A DNA stretch of 64,000 nucleotides from positions 66,747 to 130,746 of the forward strand of contig JAUYNJ010000001.1 of assembly GCA_030696105.1 (NCBI GenBank), in the 5' to 3' direction. Origin of the DNA: a bacterium (lineage in GTDB: Bacteria; Patescibacteriota; Patescibacteriia; Patescibacteriales; UBA12465). The notes under the pieces are model-generated. The model saw nothing but the letters and a program-made list of their open reading frames with translations, had not been told where the DNA came from and did no database searches. The position numbers and the translations under genes were made by a program. Below, one piece after another: positions 1-9,958 of the stretch (positions are counted from its first letter, which is position 1; every line of letters begins with the position of its first letter).

Positions 1-1299
1 AAAGCTAGCAATGAAAGCAGCACTTGAATAGCTTTCAAAAACCAGTCCAGTCCTCCCGTCTCTTACCGTATCCTTTAAACCGCCGGTCGCGCGCACAAGT
101 GGCACTGAACCGTAGCGCATCGCAATCATCTGCGTTAAACCGCAAGGCTCAAACAAAGATGGCACAAGAAAATAATCACTAGCGGCGTAAAGATTACGTG
201 CCAGTGTTTCGTCAAAGGCGACGAGCGTACGTGCGTTATCACCAATATCAACACTAATATTACTCGCTAACTTTTCGAGCGGCTTTTCACCGCTGCCCAG
301 TAATATCATTTGAAAAGGATACTGTCTATTCAAATCAGACAAGGCCTTCGCATTGAGCAGTTCGAGCCCCTTCTGTCCAGAAAAACGGGCAATAAAAATA
401 AACAATGGTAAATCATTCGCTGTCATTTTAAAGTAAGCGAGAACTGCATCTTTGTTTACTTCTTTGCCACTCTTAACATTCTTCACGCCATAGGGCTGCG
501 CGAGTCGATCGTCAGTTTGAGGATTAAAGTCATTAACATCAATGCCATTTAAAATGCCAACGAGGTCTTTCTTGCGTGAACGCAATATTGTTTCTAACCC
601 GTAACCATATTCAGCGGTTAATATTTCTTTAGCGTAATTTGGGCTTACGGTTGTAATTTTATCCGCTCTCAAAATACTAGCAGCTAAAAGATTAACAATC
701 GTCTTATTATTTTTTGACGTAGAAGAATTTGGAAAATCACTTAACAAAAAGCCAAATTGAGCAAGAACTTCAGCGTCAACGTGTCCTTGATGTCGCAAGT
801 TGTGAATTGTTTGAATTAAGCCTGGACGTTTTTTGCGATTCACAGAACCTAATTCAGCTATAATTGGAGCAGCATGAAAATCATGCGCATGAATAAGGTC
901 GGGAACAAAACTTATATTTTTAATAGCCTCAATAGCGGCGCGACAAAAAAATAAATACTTAGCGGCATTATCGCCAATATAGACATCTTCACTGAAATAG
1001 TTTTTATTTTTTAAGAGATAAAAATGTGTGCCCGCAACTGAGGCCTCGTAAATATATACTCGCTCTTTCTTTCCTCTTGCCATAACATAAAAATCAGACA
1101 AAAGGCGAGCTTTTAAACGTTTAAGTGAAATTGTGCCGTGAGCCGGCATTAAAATTCGAGCCACAACACCCTCCTTTTTTAAGGCCGCTGGCAAGGAGCC
1201 AACAACATCAGCTAATCCCCCCACCTTCGCTAAGGGCACGCATTCCGCAGCACACATTAATACTTTAACTTTTTTACTTTGTTTTTTAATTTTGAGCAT
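1..1299 (-). CDS. glgA: glycogen/starch synthase (GT5 family), C-terminus cut by window edge
   Basis: My own minus-strand translation gives MLKIKKQSKKVKVLMCAAECVPLAKVGGLADVVGSLPAALKKEG..., containing the K-x-GGL-x-DV N-terminal motif of ADP-glucose glycogen synthases. It is absent from the ORF track because it runs off the window. An alternative ATG lies at 1257. Confidence 0.8.
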   Translation of the reverse strand, partial: MLKIKKQSKKVKVLMCAAECVPLAKVGGLADVVGSLPAALKKEGVVARILMPAHGTISLKRLKARLLSDFYVMARGKKERVYIYEASVAGTHFYLLKNKNYFSEDVYIGDNAAKYLFFCRAAIEAIKNISFVPDLIHAHDFHAAPIIAELGSVNRKKRPGLIQTIHNLRHQGHVDAEVLAQFGFLLSDFPNSSTSKNNKTIVNLLAASILRADKITTVSPNYAKEILTAEYGYGLETILRSRKKDLVGILNGIDVNDFNPQTDDRLAQPYGVKNVKSGKEVNKDAVLAYFKMTANDLPLFIFIARFSGQKGLELLNAKALSDLNRQYPFQMILLGSGEKPLEKLASNISVDIGDNARTLVAFDETLARNLYAASDYFLVPSLFEPCGLTQMIAMRYGSVPLVRATGGLKDTVRDGRTGLVFESYSSAAFIASF

Positions 1300-2329
1300 G
1301 GAAATTATTATGAAAATTTTCTTTAACTTTTTTAATTAACACTTCTGCTTTTGCTGTGTCGCAATTAAACTTCATTAAATAAAAGCCGGCAGTACGAATA
1401 GTTGTGAAGTTATAATACAAATCAATACGAGACTGCAATGATTCATCAAGATCGCGTCCAGACTCTTTTAAATAGGCTTCAAGGAATAAGCGTTTCATCT
1501 CGCGAGCGAAATCCTGGTCTTGCAGATAGTTACCAATTTTATACTCAATTTGTTGCATGAAGGCACCAAGATCACGAGCAAAGTCAGCTGGGCAGAAATC
1601 CGTAAAATCAATCATGCCAATTCTGTTGTCACCCACCGCAATGAAATTTTCTGGATGGGCATCACCGTGTATTAACCAGCGCTCATTGGACGTAGAAAAG
1701 TAATTGTCTTCTTGGGTAATAAACCGCTGATAAAAACTCGCCAAATCATCAGCGTATTCACCATTAAAGCGCGCTCTAATCTCACGAATAACAACTTCAC
1801 TCCCAGGCACAACTGATACTAAGCTTCGATTGTTATCAGAAAAAATTGAAGTATCATCAGGCAGAGGCAAAGCGTGAAGCCTCGCTAAAATTTGAGCTGC
1901 CCGTTCGGTGTTTAATGCGACCGCCTCTCGATTATTTTCCTTAATATAGTGCAGTAAATTATTTCCTTCAACGGCACGATAAAAAAATCCTTGGTAGTAC
2001 TCAGAGTAGAATAATGGTTGCGGTAAAATTACTCCGTTTCCACTTAAGCCGCTATCCCATAAAAATCTCAACACCTGATAGGCCTGAATGCGCGGCTCTT
2101 CACTGTGCGCTGAACAAATAATCTGAATTTTTTCTTCACTCCCGTCGGTCTTTAAAAATACAACGCGGTAAGAAATTACAACATGATAAGTCGTTTCCCA
2201 AACTAATCTTTTATATGGCTTAACAGCGACGCTAACAATCTTCGTAAACTCAGGGTATAAAGGCAACACTTCATGCTCTAACAGGGCTCTTACTTCCTCC
2301 TCCTGGAACAGAGCTAAGATCTTGTTCAT
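1286..2329 (-). CDS. kinase-fold phosphotransferase (APH/choline-kinase-like), possibly maltokinase-like given its neighbours
   Basis: Catalytic-loop motifs LIHGDAHPENF and IDFTDF are present. It sits between two glycogen synthase genes and a GH57 gene. Confidence 0.5.
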   Translation of the reverse strand: MNKILALFQEEEVRALLEHEVLPLYPEFTKIVSVAVKPYKRLVWETTYHVVISYRVVFLKTDGSEEKIQIICSAHSEEPRIQAYQVLRFLWDSGLSGNGVILPQPLFYSEYYQGFFYRAVEGNNLLHYIKENNREAVALNTERAAQILARLHALPLPDDTSIFSDNNRSLVSVVPGSEVVIREIRARFNGEYADDLASFYQRFITQEDNYFSTSNERWLIHGDAHPENFIAVGDNRIGMIDFTDFCPADFARDLGAFMQQIEYKIGNYLQDQDFAREMKRLFLEAYLKESGRDLDESLQSRIDLYYNFTTIRTAGFYLMKFNCDTAKAEVLIKKVKENFHNNFHAQN

Positions 2330-2371
2330 AAATTGATATCCGCGGTGCGCGGGTGTATGTATAATTGTAAA

Positions 2372-3523
2372 TTAAAAATTTTTTTGCCAATGTTTTTCCC
2401 AAACTTTTTGGCGAATGCGAGCGACTAGTTTTTCAGCCTTTATTTTTTCTTTTTTACTGCCCTTATCTTGAAGCGAGCGGACCGCGCGTGTTAAATCGTT
2501 TAAGCCATTCTCGATTTCATCTGGATTCCAGGCCACTGGGCCCATGTTGTGAAAAAAATCGCGCCCGCTGGCCCACCAAAACATACAACTCGCCAAACCT
2601 CTGTCGAGATGCCAACGGTAAGCGGCGTAGTTTGGGTCATTTGGGTAACGATTGCCGACGGCGATGACGTAATAGGCAAACTCCCATAAGTATCGCTGAA
2701 TTTTATTTCCCTTCTCATGCCAGACAGCGAAAGGCTGACCCTTGTCTGCCTCCCAATTAGTCTCCCAAGAAGCCGAGCGCAGTTGCACTTGTTCTTCACT
2801 AGTATAATCGGCAAGAAATTCAGAAACTGTTTTCGATTTCAACTCCCTGAGCGCCACCATTTTTTCCAGCTCCGCAGTAGGATCTTCGTGTCTTAAGCCA
2901 TATAACTCAGCGTCCGTGGCAGTGATAATAGTTTGTGGTGTTATTTCATGACTAATGAGTTCTTGAATTAAATCAGGAGCATAAGTATTAGAATAATCGC
3001 GGTGACGCACAATCACTTTGATACCGCTATTACTATCAACACATGTCCCGCTTCCATACTCAACACCTTCAGGCAAGGACGCCTCATCTATAATTAACCA
3101 GGAATAACCCAGACCTTTTATTATACGGGCAAGTTCAGGGGTATATGCTAGCTCAGGCAAAAAGAAACCACGACCCTTAAGATCAAGCCCCAAAATGTCG
3201 GCAGTAATTTCTTCTTGTCTCTTAATTTGATATAAAACTTCCTCTTCGGGTAGCAAAGGCAAAAAACCGTGATAAGCCGCTGAGCCCACAAGCTCCAAGC
3301 GTTCTTCCTTTATCAAGTTTCGCCAGCGATCGAGTAAATCTGTAAAGCCACCCTCAGCTAAACGCTCGAGTAAACAGCCACTGATGTTCGCCGTGAAGGA
3401 TAAATCACGGTTTTCTTCTAACAGCCGCGTTAAACGATAGTAGCTTTTATCAGCTGCTTCTTTAATACGTTCATTCGTACTATTTGCTGGTTGATATAAA
3501 TGTATGAAATTAATCCAAAGCAT
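2372..3523 (-). CDS. glycoside hydrolase family 57-like alpha-glucan-active enzyme
   Basis: The N-terminus INFIHLYQPANS, plus VGSAAYHGFLPLL and GFFLPELAY, resemble GH57 conserved regions. The gene lies in a glycogen-gene context. Confidence 0.65.
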   Translation of the reverse strand: MLWINFIHLYQPANSTNERIKEAADKSYYRLTRLLEENRDLSFTANISGCLLERLAEGGFTDLLDRWRNLIKEERLELVGSAAYHGFLPLLPEEEVLYQIKRQEEITADILGLDLKGRGFFLPELAYTPELARIIKGLGYSWLIIDEASLPEGVEYGSGTCVDSNSGIKVIVRHRDYSNTYAPDLIQELISHEITPQTIITATDAELYGLRHEDPTAELEKMVALRELKSKTVSEFLADYTSEEQVQLRSASWETNWEADKGQPFAVWHEKGNKIQRYLWEFAYYVIAVGNRYPNDPNYAAYRWHLDRGLASCMFWWASGRDFFHNMGPVAWNPDEIENGLNDLTRAVRSLQDKGSKKEKIKAEKLVARIRQKVWEKHWQKNF

Positions 3524-3528
3524 ATTTT

Positions 3529-4995
3529 TTATTTTTTTGCCCGGCGGTAAAGCTGGACATATTTTTTAGCGGGGATTTCCCAGCTATTAGACTGTCTCAT
3601 TGTCTGTCTAACAAGTGCTCCCCAGGCAGCACGATGTTGATAATTTTCCAGAGCGCGCATAATAGCGCCAAAAAAATCTAAACCATCTTCTCTCTCAAAG
3701 GTGAAACCATTACCTCTGCCGGTGGCAGGATTATAATCTTCAACTGTGTCGTAGAGCCCTCCAACCTCTCTCACAATAGGCACGCAGCCATAACGCATAG
3801 CGATTAACTGATTAATGCCGCATGGCTCATGATTTGAGGGTAATAAAAATAAATCTGAAGACGCATAAAGAGAGGTTTCCATTTTACCGTCAAAGGGTAG
3901 CCAGATAATTTTACGTCCATACTTCTTTTGCAGTTTTTGCAGTGGTTGAATATATTCTTTACTACCATCGCCCATAAATACTAATTGCACATCAAGGCGC
4001 AATAAAGCGGGCATGATTTCAAGGATGAGATTAAAGCCTTTCTGAAAGGTAACGCGTGAGGTTGTGCAAAGCATGGGCACGAGAGAATCTTTTGGCAGCC
4101 CCACCATTGCCTGTAAAGCAAGCTTATTCGCCTTTTTAGCAGATAATTTCTTATCTAAAGTATTAGCACTATAGCGCTGCGTTAAGCCCTCGTCTTTTTC
4201 TGGGTTATAAGCGTTATAATCAATGCCGTTAACAATGCCGAAAAGTCTATCGGAGCGATTACGTAAAATACGATGTAAATCCTGTCCGAATTTTTTTGTC
4301 ATTATCTCTGAGCGATACTGTTCACTGACAGTATTAATAATATCAGCCGATAAGATTGCCCTTTTCGCAAAGTTCACTGTTTCTAAGCGAGGATTATCAA
4401 GGTGAGGAATAGGGCCACGGCCGTAGTCTTTATGCTCCAACGGAATTTCCCACCAGTTACGCCCAAGTTGAAAAATAAGATTATGAATAGTGAAAATTGA
4501 TTTTGCGTTCTTTAAAGTTTTAGAATATCTGAAATCATGTTTTAAATAATGTGGAACAAGCCCCGTCTGCCAATCGTGACAATGAATAATATCAGCCGGA
4601 AATTTTATCATTGATAATAATTTCAAAGCCGCAACGCTAAAAACTAAGAAGCGCGCATTTTCATGACTAGAGCCATATAAACGTTTGTGTTTGGAAAAAT
4701 ATTTTTGACACTCAACAAAATAAACAGGTAAGCCGTCCATCAGTTGGCCCTGCCAAAAATTAACCATGATTTCATCAGTAGAATTCAGGCGTAAATTTAC
4801 ATCGGAAAATATAAGCTTTAAATTGTGCTCCTCCTTATTAATCACCTTTGTATAAAGAGGAGTAATAATACAAACCTCGTGCCCGAGACGTTTTAAGGCC
4901 TTAGGTAAACTTCGAGCCACGTCTCCTAGTCCCCCTGTCTTTGAGAAAGGCGCAACCTCGGAAGCGATGTGTACTATTTTTAATGCTTTTTTCAT
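3529..4995 (-). CDS. glgA: glycogen/starch synthase (GT5)
   Basis: N-terminus IVHIASEVAPFSKTGGLGDVARSLPKAL and C-terminal LLPSNHEPCGINQLIAMRYGCVPIV are typical of GlgA. Confidence 0.85.
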   Translation of the reverse strand: MKKALKIVHIASEVAPFSKTGGLGDVARSLPKALKRLGHEVCIITPLYTKVINKEEHNLKLIFSDVNLRLNSTDEIMVNFWQGQLMDGLPVYFVECQKYFSKHKRLYGSSHENARFLVFSVAALKLLSMIKFPADIIHCHDWQTGLVPHYLKHDFRYSKTLKNAKSIFTIHNLIFQLGRNWWEIPLEHKDYGRGPIPHLDNPRLETVNFAKRAILSADIINTVSEQYRSEIMTKKFGQDLHRILRNRSDRLFGIVNGIDYNAYNPEKDEGLTQRYSANTLDKKLSAKKANKLALQAMVGLPKDSLVPMLCTTSRVTFQKGFNLILEIMPALLRLDVQLVFMGDGSKEYIQPLQKLQKKYGRKIIWLPFDGKMETSLYASSDLFLLPSNHEPCGINQLIAMRYGCVPIVREVGGLYDTVEDYNPATGRGNGFTFEREDGLDFFGAIMRALENYQHRAAWGALVRQTMRQSNSWEIPAKKYVQLYRRAKK

Positions 4996-4997
4996 AC

Positions 4998-5483
4998 TTA
5001 TTTATTTAAAATCCGATAATTTGCTCCGCAGATAGCAGCAGCTAGTGCGTCGGCGGCATCATCGGGTTGTGGTAATTCAGACAGATTTAATATCATCTTC
5101 ACCATCTTCTGCACTTGCAACTTTGAAGCCTGACCATAGGCCGAAACGGCCTGCTTCACTTGTGCAGGAGTAAAGTCGAGTAAGGGTACTCCCGCCTCAC
5201 TGATAGCGAGTAGGGCCACACCTCGCGCCTGCCCGACAATTAAGGCGGTGCGCACATTCTTATTGAAGAATAATTGCTCAACAGCTGCCGCCCCCGGTTT
5301 ATGTTTCTTAATTAACTTTTGTAATTCTTTAAACAAGGTGTGTAGACGTAGAGGTAATTCTTGTCCGGCCGGAGTCTTAATTGAACCGTACTCAAGACAT
5401 TCAAGCTTGCTGCCATTCACTCGGATAAATCCGTAGCCAGTGTCAGCGATGCCTGGATCAATACCCATTATTATTTTTTCCAT
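4998..5483 (-). CDS. ruvC: crossover junction endodeoxyribonuclease RuvC
   Basis: N-terminus MGIDPGIADTGYGFI and the length (161 aa) fit the RuvC family. Confidence 0.85.
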   Translation of the reverse strand: MEKIIMGIDPGIADTGYGFIRVNGSKLECLEYGSIKTPAGQELPLRLHTLFKELQKLIKKHKPGAAAVEQLFFNKNVRTALIVGQARGVALLAISEAGVPLLDFTPAQVKQAVSAYGQASKLQVQKMVKMILNLSELPQPDDAADALAAAICGANYRILNK

Positions 5484-5494
5484 ATTGCCCTGTA

Positions 5495-6217
5495 TTAATC
5501 GGCGATGTTAGTATAATAATCAGTGACATCTTCATTATCTTCGAATTCTTCTAAGAATTTTTCAATTTTCGCCGTATCCTCCTCGTTGAAGCTAGTCTTC
5601 TCTTTAGCGACGTAACCGACTTCAGCTGACTCTGCCTTAATATCTTTAGACTTTAAATAATCTTGCATTTTTTGAAAGTCGGCTAAAGCAGTATAAACGG
5701 TCACGCCCTCTTCCGCCTTTTCAATATCGCTCGCTCCGCCATCAATGAGCTCAAGTTCAAATTCATCGAAATTAATCTGCTTGGCACTAAGTTCTTCCGA
5801 ATTAATCATAACAATTCCAGCCTGATCGAAATTCCACATCACAGCCCCGAAAGAACCACCATTCTTGGTGAAGTTGTGCCTAACCGTCGAGCCGCTACGA
5901 TTACGATTATCGGTTGTGCATTTAACAATCACTTGCACGCCAGCCGGACCAATACCTTCATAATATAACTCCTCAACCTGCTCACCACCCAATTCACCGG
6001 TTCCCTTTTTAATTGCTCTTTCAATATTATCTTTTGGCATGCTGGCGTCGCGGGCACGGTCAACTGCCGCTCTAAGCGAGGGGTTAGTGGCCGGATCGCC
6101 GCCAGTTTTTGCGGCGATAGCTATAATATTACCTAATTTTGTAAAGATGGCGCCACGTTTGGCATCAACGATTTCTTTCTGGCGATGAGTTGTCGCCCAT
6201 TTAGAATGTCCTGACAT
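5495..6217 (-). CDS. yebC: YebC/PmpR family DNA-binding transcriptional regulator
   Basis: N-terminus MSGHSKWATTHRQKEIVDAKRGAIFTKL is the hallmark of this family. Confidence 0.9.
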   Translation of the reverse strand: MSGHSKWATTHRQKEIVDAKRGAIFTKLGNIIAIAAKTGGDPATNPSLRAAVDRARDASMPKDNIERAIKKGTGELGGEQVEELYYEGIGPAGVQVIVKCTTDNRNRSGSTVRHNFTKNGGSFGAVMWNFDQAGIVMINSEELSAKQINFDEFELELIDGGASDIEKAEEGVTVYTALADFQKMQDYLKSKDIKAESAEVGYVAKEKTSFNEEDTAKIEKFLEEFEDNEDVTDYYTNIAD

Positions 6218-6325
6218 AGATTTCTAAACTTAGTTAATTACGCCCCCATTTTATCCTAAATTGAAATAAAAATCAATATCAGTTATAATGGAATCATCAA
6301 TAAAATTAGGCAAAATTTCAATTTT

Positions 6326-7246
6326 ATGGCTAAACAAGATTTTGAAACCTTAAACATTAGCGTCCTTAAGGCCTTGGTTTTTTTTCAGAAGGAAAAACCA
6401 ATACGTTTAAATGTGAAAAAATATACTTTTCCGATCGTCATTGGCAGTGGCAACGCCTATCATGCGGGGCAAATCATTTTTTCTCAGCAAAAAGCCTTAT
6501 TCGCAACTGAAACAAATCTAATTGAGGTATTTAAACGCTATAAGGATCTCATAAAATCAAAGGTTGTCACCCACGCTGTTGTTATTTCCGCTTCTGGCGA
6601 GAAAGATTCAGTCTGGGAAATAAAATTAGCGAAGAAAATTGGTCTTAAAACGGTTCTGCTGACCTGTTCGCCTAACTCTACTGCAGCCAAATTAGCAGAT
6701 GAGGTACACTCATTTAGAAAACTAGAGGAGCCATATACTTACAACGTTTCTACTTACCTCGGCATGATACTCGCCGCTGGCGGTGAAAAAGCGGCCGACA
6801 TCGCTGCCTCAATATTAAAACTTAAACTACCGAACAATTTCAAGAAGTTTAAAGCCTACGCCTTCATTCTTCCAGACGAAATGGCTTCTATCACGCCAAT
6901 GATTGAGATCAAGAAAAGTGAACTGTTTGGGCCCAACCTTTCTATTCGAGCCTTCTCCTACGGCGAAGCGAGACATGCTAAGTTCGTAATCAGAGAAAAG
7001 AGTGAGTTAGTTATTAGTTTTGGGGAAAATAAGTATTTTGGTAATTCCAATAACCGTCTCATAATTACTCCACCTAAGAATGCCGGCGCCGCCTGGATGA
7101 TGGCTGTAAATTACTTCCTCGTCGGTCTCATCCAAAGTGCTAAGCCAGATTATTTCAGCAAAAACATTAAGAAGTTCTGTGCTGATTACGGATACAAAGC
7201 TTATCCCGATGCGAAACCGTTTACTACTATAGTTCCGGGGAATTAA
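6326..7246 (+). CDS. hypothetical protein, possibly SIS-domain sugar-phosphate isomerase-like
   Basis: Segments IVIGSGNAYHAG and VVISASGEKDS give only a weak resemblance to SIS-type nucleotide/sugar-phosphate binding folds. Confidence 0.3.
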   Translation: MAKQDFETLNISVLKALVFFQKEKPIRLNVKKYTFPIVIGSGNAYHAGQIIFSQQKALFATETNLIEVFKRYKDLIKSKVVTHAVVISASGEKDSVWEIKLAKKIGLKTVLLTCSPNSTAAKLADEVHSFRKLEEPYTYNVSTYLGMILAAGGEKAADIAASILKLKLPNNFKKFKAYAFILPDEMASITPMIEIKKSELFGPNLSIRAFSYGEARHAKFVIREKSELVISFGENKYFGNSNNRLIITPPKNAGAAWMMAVNYFLVGLIQSAKPDYFSKNIKKFCADYGYKAYPDAKPFTTIVPGN

Positions 7247-7260
7247 ATAATGCTATAAAC

Positions 7261-7288
7261 AAAAAACCCTCCTAGTCGGAGGGTTTTT
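7261..7288. terminator. bidirectional intrinsic terminator between convergent genes
   Basis: Sequence aaaaaa-CCCTCC-tagtc-GGAGGG-ttttt: a GC stem flanked by an A-run and a T-run. Confidence 0.7.
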
Positions 7289-7300
7289 GATACGTCTGAT

Positions 7301-8041
7301 TTATTTTTTTATTTTACCCTGATTTGTAACTTTGGAGGTTGCCGCTTGCAGTTCTTTCTTACTTGCTAAGTAATACCTCTTTGTCGGTCTCATTTTTTTA
7401 TCAAACTCATAAACGAGAGGGATGGCCGTCGGGATGTTAAACTCTACAATCTCTTCTTCAGGCATATTCTCAATTAATTTAACGAGAGCGCGCAGACTGT
7501 TACCAGAGGCAGTAATTAGCAACTTGTTACCCTCTTTAACATAATGTGATATTTCATTTTCCCAGATGGGCGCCACCCTTGCCACCACATCTTTAAGACT
7601 TTCTCCTTCAGGCACTTTAATGCCTTGATATCTAGGATCACCTTTCTGATTGAATTTATTTTTACTATCAATTTTCGGCGGACGAACATCATAGCCACGA
7701 CGCCAAATCTTCACTTGCTCTTCACCAAACTTTTTAGCCATCTGTATTTTATTCAATCCTTGAAGATTGCCGTAGTGACGTTCGTTCAAACGCCAGTCTT
7801 TCGCGACCGGCAACCAGAGCTGCTCCATTTCCTCCAAAACAATATCTAACGTTTTCAAAGCTCTCTTTAAATATGAGCTATAAGCGGCATCAAAGCGAAA
7901 TCCTGCTTTTTTGAGCTTTTTTCCAGCATTTTTTGCTTCTATTAGACCATTTTCACTTAAATCAACGTCAGTCCAGCCGGTAAAGAGCCCTTTTTCGTTC
8001 CAAGTGCTCTCTCCGTGGCGCAAAAGTACGAGTTTATACAT
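7301..8041 (-). CDS. gpmA: 2,3-bisphosphoglycerate-dependent phosphoglycerate mutase
   Basis: LVLLRHGESTWNEKGLFTGWTDVDLSENG contains the histidine phosphatase RHGE motif. The length is 246 aa. Confidence 0.9.
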   Translation of the reverse strand: MYKLVLLRHGESTWNEKGLFTGWTDVDLSENGLIEAKNAGKKLKKAGFRFDAAYSSYLKRALKTLDIVLEEMEQLWLPVAKDWRLNERHYGNLQGLNKIQMAKKFGEEQVKIWRRGYDVRPPKIDSKNKFNQKGDPRYQGIKVPEGESLKDVVARVAPIWENEISHYVKEGNKLLITASGNSLRALVKLIENMPEEEIVEFNIPTAIPLVYEFDKKMRPTKRYYLASKKELQAATSKVTNQGKIKK

Positions 8042-8242
8042 AATTTTATTGCTTATTATCTTTGGCTAATTGTAACGCTTTTTATCATTATATCAGACTT
8101 CTTGCCTCGTCAGCAAATTGACGCCAAAAGCGCAAAGATGATAGTATAATTAAGCATAAAGCTTAATAATATTGCTCCCAATAATAATCGCAAATTAAAG
8201 AAAATAGCGATTGAATCTCTCCTTGTTGGCCTGAAAATTGTC

Positions 8243-9556
8243 ATGGGCATAAAGGAGGTAATCGTCAAAATAATACCGGCTGTATTCCAGCCCTTTTTTT
8301 GGTTGGGCAAGTTATTATTGTATCGCCCCTTTGTGCACTTATACTATTTAATTTTCCGTGTAAAGAAATATGATATAGGTAACCAGTCGAAGATGGAGCT
8401 GATTCGCAAGAAGTCTTTTCACGTTACCGCCCTCATCTTTATCGTCTTTGCCATCAGCCTTAATATCACCGACAAAAAGCAAGCAAGCGCCGCTGTTGGT
8501 AAACAAAAAAGAAGCGTCATGGCCGAGGTGGTGAAAAATGAATTCAGTCTTGTTGGACAAGATAACGATGAGTTAATTCAAGAAACAGCAATTGGCTTTA
8601 CACCGCAAACGAGCGAAAAATACTTCACTCGTCGCCCAGCCGTCACTGCCCCTAAAGGCATAACCCCGCAAACAGAAGATACTGATACCTCAGTCATCGC
8701 GCGCAACGGTAACATGATCACCAACCCTAAACAAATTATTCCTGGCGCCGGTGAAGTTGATGACACTCCAGTGAAAAGAACCGAGATTATCAACTATGCA
8801 GTTTTGCCTGGAGACACCATCAGCACAATTGCCCGCCGCTTCGAAATTAATGTGAATACTGTTTTGTGGGCGAACAACCTAACGGCTTTTAGTATTATTC
8901 GCGCCGGTGATAGTTTAAAAATTTTACCTAGCGACGGCTTCCTGTATACAGTTAAGCGCGGTGACACTATTGGTCGACTCGCGCAAAATTATGATACTAC
9001 GGCTGAAAAAATTGTTGAAAGCAATAATCTTAGTGGCGCCGGTATAATTGCAGCCGGACAACAACTAATTATTCCGGGCATTAAGAGAACCGTCACGGCT
9101 CCGGCAGTAGTTACTAAACCGGTCCAAACAAGCTATTCCGGTATTGATGTCATTAAAGATATTGTGTCATCAGACAAGCCAATTGTAAGTAGCAATAAGA
9201 TGGTTTGGCCAACCGAAGGATCTCGTATTACGCAATACTTCTCCTGGAAACATAATGGCGTTGACATCGGAAATAAAGTCGGCACTCCGATTTATGCGGC
9301 TGATTCCGGTGTGGTTGAATTATCCCAGGGAGGCTATAATGGTGGATATGGTAATACCATTGTCATTAACCACGGCGGCGGCAAAAAGACGCGCTATGGT
9401 CACGCCTCTAAACTATTAGTTAAGAAAGGCGCAGAGGTTGAGAAGGGTCAGCTCATTGCTTTAATGGGCTCAACCGGACGCTCGACCGGCTCTCACTTAC
9501 ACTTCGAGGTCATTATTAACGGCACGAGATATAATCCCCTAAACTATATTAAATAA
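8243..9556 (+). CDS. LysM-domain M23 family metallopeptidase (cell-wall hydrolase)
   Basis: Two LysM-like repeats are present (YAVLPGDTISTIARRF, YTVKRGDTIGRLAQNY). The C-terminal M23 motifs HNGVDI and GSTGRSTGSHLHFE are also present. The true start may lie downstream, for example at MELIRKK. Confidence 0.85.
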   Translation: MGIKEVIVKIIPAVFQPFFWLGKLLLYRPFVHLYYLIFRVKKYDIGNQSKMELIRKKSFHVTALIFIVFAISLNITDKKQASAAVGKQKRSVMAEVVKNEFSLVGQDNDELIQETAIGFTPQTSEKYFTRRPAVTAPKGITPQTEDTDTSVIARNGNMITNPKQIIPGAGEVDDTPVKRTEIINYAVLPGDTISTIARRFEINVNTVLWANNLTAFSIIRAGDSLKILPSDGFLYTVKRGDTIGRLAQNYDTTAEKIVESNNLSGAGIIAAGQQLIIPGIKRTVTAPAVVTKPVQTSYSGIDVIKDIVSSDKPIVSSNKMVWPTEGSRITQYFSWKHNGVDIGNKVGTPIYAADSGVVELSQGGYNGGYGNTIVINHGGGKKTRYGHASKLLVKKGAEVEKGQLIALMGSTGRSTGSHLHFEVIINGTRYNPLNYIK

Positions 9557-9560
9557 AGTT

Positions 9561-9803
9561 ATGATCATCCTTGGAATAGTCATCCTGGGCATTGGCGCTC
9601 TGTTAGTCGTTAAGACTGATTGGTTCCTAGAGAACTTCGGTCGCATTGCCTGGTTTGAAGACAAGCTCGGCACCGACGGCGGTTCACGCCTTGGCTATAA
9701 GTTGCTGGGTATTGGCGCCATCTTTGTTGGCATCGTCTTAATGAGCGGTAATGGCAGCAGCTTCTTTAACTGGCTACTCTCACCACTCTTTCCTAAGCAA
9801 TAA
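9561..9803 (+). CDS. small membrane protein, unknown function
   Basis: The 80-aa product has two hydrophobic helices and follows the M23 gene closely. Confidence 0.4.
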   Translation: MIILGIVILGIGALLVVKTDWFLENFGRIAWFEDKLGTDGGSRLGYKLLGIGAIFVGIVLMSGNGSSFFNWLLSPLFPKQ

Positions 9804-9885
9804 AGACAGCGCTTAAACAGTGTTAATAGATAGATATTGACGACTGCCCTAATTCCCGATAGAATAGTTTCCATTGGGAATAAAC

Positions 9886-9958
9886 GGGCCCTTAGCTCAT
9901 CTGGTAGAGCACCTGCTTTGCAAGCAGGGGGTGGCAGGTTCGAGTCCTGTAGGGTCCA
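9886..9958 (+). tRNA. tRNA-Ala (anticodon TGC)
   Basis: A manual cloverleaf fits: acceptor GGGCCCT/AGGGTCC with the G3:U70 identity pair, anticodon loop TTTGCAA, T-loop GGTTCGAGTCC. CCA is not encoded. Confidence 0.9.

Noticed and set aside
2500-2814. Nested or antisense ORFs inside well-supported genes (for example 2500-2814, 4223-4405, 5248-5436, 24552-27053, 27953-28330, 28572-29012, 40205-41168, 42030-43036, 59158-59968)
   Set aside because: Each is fully contained in a longer ORF that has clear family motifs. They have low-complexity or biased composition and no start context.
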